A stretch of 64,000 bases of DNA from Candidatus Sumerlaeia bacterium (GTDB taxonomy: Bacteria > Sumerlaeota > Sumerlaeia > SLMS01 > JANRJK01), in NCBI GenBank assembly GCA_033764015.1, contig JANRJK010000017.1, forward strand, positions 75,202-139,201. The letters run 5' to 3'. Positions within the stretch are counted from its first letter, which is position 1; each line of letters opens with the position of its first letter. The position numbers and the translations under genes are program-made. This document shows positions 57,027 through 64,000 of this stretch, piece after piece. The notes under the pieces were generated by a model. It was not told the origin of the DNA. It searched no databases and saw only the letters and a program-made list of their open reading frames with translations.

Positions 57027-58319
57027 ATGCCCAACGGCGTCCACGTCCACCAGCTCGCGAACGGCGCGCGCATCGTCGTCGAGCCCATGCCCGGGCGGGG
57101 CGTCGTCGCGGCGTTCCTTTGCTTCGACCGCGGCAGCCGCCACGAGGTCGCCGCGCAGTCAGGCCTCACGCACTTCTGCGAGCACCTGCTCTTCAAGGGC
57201 ACCGGACGCCACGACTGGAAGACGCTCTCCAAGCGCCTGAACGTCCTCGGCGGCCACGCCAACGCCTCCACCAGCCTCGACCACATCATGCTCGAGAACC
57301 GCTTCGTCGCCGCCGACCTGCGCGAGGGCCTCTCCCTCATGGTCGAGATGGCCGTCGAAAGCGACTTTCCCAAAGCCGAGGTCGAGCGCGAGCGCACCGT
57401 GATCCTGGAGGAGATCGCAGAGTACGAAGACTCGCCCGGCGATGTCGCGGCGGAGTCCTTCACCGAGGCGCTCTTCGGCGACCACCCGCTCGGGCGGCCC
57501 GTGATCGGCACCCGCGAAACCGTGGGAGGCTTCGCGCGCGACGAGGCGCTCGGCTACTGGCACCGCGTCGCGACAGGCCCCAACACGGTCCTCTCGCTCG
57601 CCGGAGGCTTGTCGTTCGAAGAAGCGGTCGCCATCGCGGAACCGCTGCTGGCGGCCCTCCCCGCGGGCCTTGCCGGCGCCGCCGCGGAGCCGCCCCCGGA
57701 GCCCCTCGCGGGCCTCGCCCACCACCAGTGGGACGACCTCGAGCAGGTCCACTTCTGCTTCGGAGTCCGCGCCGTGCGGCGCGTCGATCCCGCCCGCTTC
57801 CCGGTCTACCTCCTCGATGCGATCCTCGGTTCCGGCATGGGGAGCCGGCTCTTCAACGAAGTGCGCGAGAAGCGCGGCCTCGTCTACTCGATCGGCAGCT
57901 CGGTGTACCTCGGTGCGGACACGGGGACGTTCTGCGTCAGCGGCTCCACATCGCCCGCGAACCTCGGCGAGGTGCTCGAGGTGTGCCGCGCGGAGATCGA
58001 CCACCTGATGGCGGATGGCCCGACGGAGGAGGAGCTGGCGACGACGAAGGCGCTGCTCGCCCGCGGGGTCGTGCTATACACGGAGCGCGCCGCGGAGCGC
58101 GCCGGACTGAACCTCTCGCGCGAGCTTTACGGCGAGCCGCACGTCACCGTCGAGGAGGCGGTGGCCCGCATCGAGCGACCGTCCGCCGAGGATGTGCGCG
58201 CGGCGGCGCAGGCGCTCTTCGGAGGCCGGCGCCCGGCCCTGTCGTTGGCGGGCGAGATCGACGCCGATACGGCGGCGCGCCACGTGGAGCGCCTCGGGAG
58301 CGCCGCAGCGCTCAGGTGA
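57027..58319 (+). CDS. M16 family zinc peptidase (pitrilysin-like)
   Basis: GLTHFCEHLLFKGT (HxxEH), NASTS, ER.VILEE, SRLF.EVREKRGLVYSI. Confidence 0.9.
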   Translation: MPNGVHVHQLANGARIVVEPMPGRGVVAAFLCFDRGSRHEVAAQSGLTHFCEHLLFKGTGRHDWKTLSKRLNVLGGHANASTSLDHIMLENRFVAADLREGLSLMVEMAVESDFPKAEVERERTVILEEIAEYEDSPGDVAAESFTEALFGDHPLGRPVIGTRETVGGFARDEALGYWHRVATGPNTVLSLAGGLSFEEAVAIAEPLLAALPAGLAGAAAEPPPEPLAGLAHHQWDDLEQVHFCFGVRAVRRVDPARFPVYLLDAILGSGMGSRLFNEVREKRGLVYSIGSSVYLGADTGTFCVSGSTSPANLGEVLEVCRAEIDHLMADGPTEEELATTKALLARGVVLYTERAAERAGLNLSRELYGEPHVTVEEAVARIERPSAEDVRAAAQALFGGRRPALSLAGEIDADTAARHVERLGSAAALR

Positions 58320-59385
58320 AGTCGCTCACCGTCGGCTGCACCGGGCGGTTGTCCTCGAGCAGCCGGATCGCGTTGCTGAGGATCCAGAGCCGCCGGTTCA
58401 GGCGCACCTCGACGCGGTAGCTCCCGGGCGTCGGAGCGGGGAAGTCGATCTCCTCGCCGGTGCCCCAGAAAAGCGGCTGGCCGTTGTGGCGGATCGCCAC
58501 CTCGGCCTCCGTCGGCAGGATCACCTGCAAGCGGCCGCCGCTCTCGAACTCGGCGTCCTCCCCCATGAAGCGCTGCTTGCCGCGGCGGTCCACCCAGTAG
58601 AACTGGAATCCGCGCGGCGGATTGATCGACGCGTTCGCGATGAAGCTGCGCCCCTCGCGGAGAGCCTCCCACACCATGTCGCGGGCGCGCGCCGGAATGC
58701 GCGGCAGCTCCCGCGCGAGAATGATCGTCTGCACCGTGGCGAACGCGGTCTTGTAGGGGAACAGCGTGCGCCATTCCAGCAGCGGCGCCTTGCGCGGCGC
58801 GACGTTCAGCCCACCCACCACCGGTGCGCGCCGCCGGCCCAGCTCCACATCCCAGCGGTTCAGGATCTTCCGCGAGGGCCCCTTGATCACCCGGTCCGGG
58901 CGCGAGGAGGACTGCATCACCGTGCGCCCGTCCACGCTCGCCAGGAACTCGTCGTAGAAGCTCCAGATCTCGATCGCGTCCGCGTGCTTGAAATCCAAGT
59001 GGCAGGAGGGCGCGATCGTCGGATAGCGCTCCGCCAACTGCGCGTGGACGCTCACCGCGACCCCTACCTGCCGGTGCACCTCCTCCAGTGCCGCCTCCGT
59101 GCCGAGGTCCGGCCCCACGTCGGAGTTCGTCTCGAAGGCCAGGAAGTGCCCGTGCGAGGCCGCGACCTCCTCGCCGAAGAGGATCAGCACATCGTCGTGC
59201 CAACCCTCCTTGCCGTCCCAAGCGTGGCCGCGCGTCCCGCGGTCCGTCACCACCACGAAGTCGACGCTCCGCGACTTGGCCGCTTCGACGATCTCCTCGA
59301 TCGTGCCACCGCCGCCGGAGCGGTCCGTGTGGACATGGAGCACGCCGGTGTATTGGTTCCAGCGCGGGGGGGACTGGGGTTGCAT
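58312..59385 (-). CDS. PHP-domain metallohydrolase-like protein
   Basis: G.LHVHT..S.G, DFVVVTD, GEE, GHFL, C-terminal YRVEV...WILSNAI; several metal ligands look degenerate. Confidence 0.7.
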   Translation of the reverse strand: MQPQSPPRWNQYTGVLHVHTDRSGGGGTIEEIVEAAKSRSVDFVVVTDRGTRGHAWDGKEGWHDDVLILFGEEVAASHGHFLAFETNSDVGPDLGTEAALEEVHRQVGVAVSVHAQLAERYPTIAPSCHLDFKHADAIEIWSFYDEFLASVDGRTVMQSSSRPDRVIKGPSRKILNRWDVELGRRRAPVVGGLNVAPRKAPLLEWRTLFPYKTAFATVQTIILARELPRIPARARDMVWEALREGRSFIANASINPPRGFQFYWVDRRGKQRFMGEDAEFESGGRLQVILPTEAEVAIRHNGQPLFWGTGEEIDFPAPTPGSYRVEVRLNRRLWILSNAIRLLEDNRPVQPTVSDFT

Positions 59386-59654
59386 CGCTGTCCAACAGGA
59401 AGGGGGCCGGGCAGGAAAAGCCGGCCGGGTAGGTGTCGGGGCGCCTTCCAGTGCGCTTGACGATAGCCGCCCGCGCGGCGGGGTCAAGCGGGCGACCGAC
59501 CAATCCCATTTTCAAGCGAGGCCCCCAGGGGCAGGCCGACCGTGTGCATGACCCGTCCGAGCAAATCCACCCTGCAACCGGGTCAACCGGGTCGACGAGG
59601 TCACCCCCGCCCGGCGGCGGCTGGGGCCAGTTGCCCCGGGTATTCAGCTTGAAG

Positions 59655-60381
59655 TCCGCCGAAGCGCATGAGTACAGTCCCTACGGTGTGCCGACGATCC
59701 ACTCGTGCGAAGCGAACGGATCTGCACAGCTCTGGGCTGGGGCGAGGCGAGATGCAGATAAGGTCAGCCAACGGAACGCTCTCCTCGAACGCCCGCGAAG
59801 GCGTGGCGGTGGGCGCCCTGCTCTCCCCGGCGGTCCGCACCCCGCAATCCGCCCTCGCGCCGCTTTCCGCTGCGCAATCCTCCATCGGCCTCAAGTTCCT
59901 CTTCACGGCGCGCCCCTGGACCCTCGTGGGTGAAGTGTACCACCTGCGGGGAAGGTGGCATTCGCCGCTCGAAGGGCGCTTCCTCACGATGGACCCGATT
60001 GGTTACGCCGACGGGCACAACGTGTATATGTACTGCGGCGGGGATCCGGCGAATTGGGTGGATCCGTGGGGGCTGGACGTTATCATTGTCCACAATAGAG
60101 TGGGCTGGGGACACGAGTATCTGTATGTGGAAACGGCTAAGCGAGGTACCTTTGTTCGATATGGGAATGCACCACTGAATCAGCTGGGGGGCGATAGCTG
60201 TGGAGGACATAGGCCCAAGAGCCGGCGCGCCTCCCCGCTCGTTTGTCTCTCGGACGATGATTGGCGGGATGGGCCGGACAGACTCCCGCGCCATGGCATT
60301 GTCCAGTGTTTCATGCAAAGTGTCCTCGGTATCGTTCCTCCATCTGTGCCCAACGCCAAACCCAGTGTGATCCACGAGTGA
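59655..60381 (+). pseudogene. Rhs repeat-associated core remnant with C-terminal putative toxin tip
   Basis: EYSPYG in one frame; FTAR, YHLRGRW.SP.EGRFLTMDPIGY.DG.N.Y.Y....P....DPWGL in another frame; no N-terminal Rhs body. Confidence 0.7.
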
Positions 60382-60764
60382 TTCACTCCCCGTTTCCCCC
60401 TGAACCTCGTCGCCGAAAGGCAGTTAAGTACCTAGCCTGCTTTCTGCTGGGACTCTGTGTCGGGGTCTCCTTTGAGGTGCTTCGTGTTCTCCACGATGGA
60501 TCCCTGATGAGAGCGTGGGGAAGGAGAATCGGGGAATCTTTGATGCAAGAGTTTGCGAATCACGGTGGTGAGGAGTTCGGTCTATTTGCCACAGCTTGGC
60601 TCGAAGATACCCCTTTGGTTAGAGAAGCAGAGGTGTTAGATGGTAGAGTGATTCGAGTGAAACTAAAGAATTGGGAGTACATACTTGTTAATGAAGTCTA
60701 TGTCATCCTCCCACCTGAGACCGGCTTGTCTATTGGCACCCCTGCCCTAGTAACCTCCCCCTGA
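60378..60764 (+). CDS. Low-GC hypothetical membrane-anchored protein, candidate Rhs immunity protein
   Basis: GTGA overlap with Rhs stop; N-terminal hydrophobic helix; visibly AT-richer DNA. Confidence 0.45.
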   Translation: MIHSPFPPEPRRRKAVKYLACFLLGLCVGVSFEVLRVLHDGSLMRAWGRRIGESLMQEFANHGGEEFGLFATAWLEDTPLVREAEVLDGRVIRVKLKNWEYILVNEVYVILPPETGLSIGTPALVTSP

Positions 60765-61033
60765 CCCCCTGCGGTTGTTTCGGTGAGCATGCGTTAACAG
60801 GTGTCATGTGCAGCCGCGGACCTTGCCCCTACCGAAAGTTCGTGATCCGGGGCGATCCACGCAAGCCCGCAGCGAGGCGGTACTCGAGGCCGGTGGTGGC
60901 GCGAGGAGCGCCCACTTTGCACGCGAAAACGGCGTCAGCCGCCAGACCCATGACTACTGATTTCGGTTCGCCAGCCCTGGGTTCAAGGAAGTTCGGTTCC
61001 CCCCGCACATGCCCCACCCAGTGGTCCACTTCC

Positions 61034-61177
61034 TCAACTCCCCACCCGCCAAGTCGGCGACTCCTCCACCCTGCTCCGCCTCCGGTCATACAGCCACGTC
61101 GTACTGACGTTCGAGTGGCCGAGCCATTCTTGCACCTTCTCGATGTCGGCTTGGTGCTCCAGGGCGTTTCTGAAGGC
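61034..61177 (-). pseudogene. C-terminal fragment of tyrosine recombinase/integrase
   Basis: Hand translation AFRNALEHQADIEKVQEWLGHSNVSTTWLYDRRRSRVEESPTW (LGH...TT..Y box II); upstream catalytic motifs not found. Confidence 0.75.
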
Positions 61178-61377
61178 GGTTGCGCGGAGGGGGGATTCGG
61201 CGTGGGCGGGCTAGGTGCTGCTGGAGGATTGAATGAAAGTCTCACGCGAGGGCGTGAGGAACGCGAACGGTTGGCGCCTCTGGAGCGGAGGCGTGCGCCC
61301 CTTGCCATGTCGATGGGGAAAGTGGTTCGGGTGTCCCGCCCGCGAGGACCCGCAGAACCGCCTGCCCCTTCCCCCCC

Positions 61378-61421
61378 AAACAAAAACCCGCCCCGGCGCG
61401 CGATTGGGTGGCCGGGGCGGG
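61378..61421 (-). terminator. Intrinsic terminator of fusA
   Basis: 11-bp stem CCCGCCCCGGC/GCCGGGGCGGG followed on minus strand by TTTTTGTTT. Confidence 0.7.
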
Positions 61422-61449
61422 GTGTGTTCTTGCGGTGGGGTCGCAGCGG

Positions 61450-63552
<2,103 letters not shown>

Positions 63553-63834
63553 CTGATACCTCGAGGGACAGTGGGGGCGGGCCGTAAGCCCGGTGAAAGC
63601 ATGGGACGCGACAGGTTGCACGTCCACCGCAGTACCCTCAGCACAAGGGGGGCGGTGGCCTCCGGCGTCAAGGGACAAGGCCCCCGGAAGTCGCGCGGCG
63701 AGAGGATTTTTTCAGTTGAACGAAATCATCAAGCCGTTGATCGCGCAAGGGAATCTTTCGCGGGGCCGCCGCGCCGCGCAGGCGGGAGCCGGTTCCTGTT
63801 TGCCCGGCACCGCCGGCGCCGCTAGCCTCGATCC

Positions 63835-64000
63835 ATGATGCAGGACCTCCTCGCCCTCGCCATCGTCGCCGCCGCCGCCGCCTACCTCGGGCGGCTGGCT
63901 TGGCGCGCGGTCGCCGCGCAGCGCGGCGGCGCCTGCGGCTGCGGGCCGAAGGCGGGCTGCGCGCGCATGGCCGAGGCGCTCCGCGCCGCGGACGCCGGGC
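63835..64000 (+). CDS. FeoB-associated-type Cys-rich small membrane protein, truncated by window edge
   Basis: MMQDLLALAIVAAAAAYLGRLAWR..GGACGCG...GC. Confidence 0.5.
   Translation, partial: MMQDLLALAIVAAAAAYLGRLAWRAVAAQRGGACGCGPKAGCARMAEALRAADAG

Overview
High-GC bacterial chromosomal window with about 55 supportable genes. Pilin and C-terminal motif styles suggest Candidatus Sumerlaeota/BRC1, which is an inference only. Housekeeping content: methionine metabolism (metX, metY, two more Cys/Met PLP enzymes, metH), rpmE, glyQS, an RlmI-like methyltransferase, ispH, a polyprenyl synthase and a stand-alone fusA. The main find is a tightly coupled 10-gene minus-strand operon (23448->17478): 2Fe-2S ferredoxin, V4R, small repeat protein, phycobiliprotein-like globin with a KCYRD bilin-attachment motif, second V4R, Ser/Thr kinase, hypothetical, two ParA/MinD-like ATPases and a divergent ferredoxin-dependent bilin reductase-like protein. 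It looks like a bilin-globin system extended with signalling and positioning modules, with no photosynthesis genes in the window. Other observations: two paralogous cyclase-kinase-TM-TPR proteins; three unrelated secreted proteins sharing a C-terminal W-x-L-[YM] tail (candidate sorting signal); four TACG-N8-CGTA boxes defining a probable BlaI regulon; a nine-gene pseudopilin array; an in-frame GNAT/polyprenyl synthase ORF; and a decayed Rhs toxin/immunity/integrase patch. No rRNA, tRNA or CRISPR array was seen. All calls come from motif recognition by eye, no searches were run, and some start codons were re-chosen relative to the ORF track.
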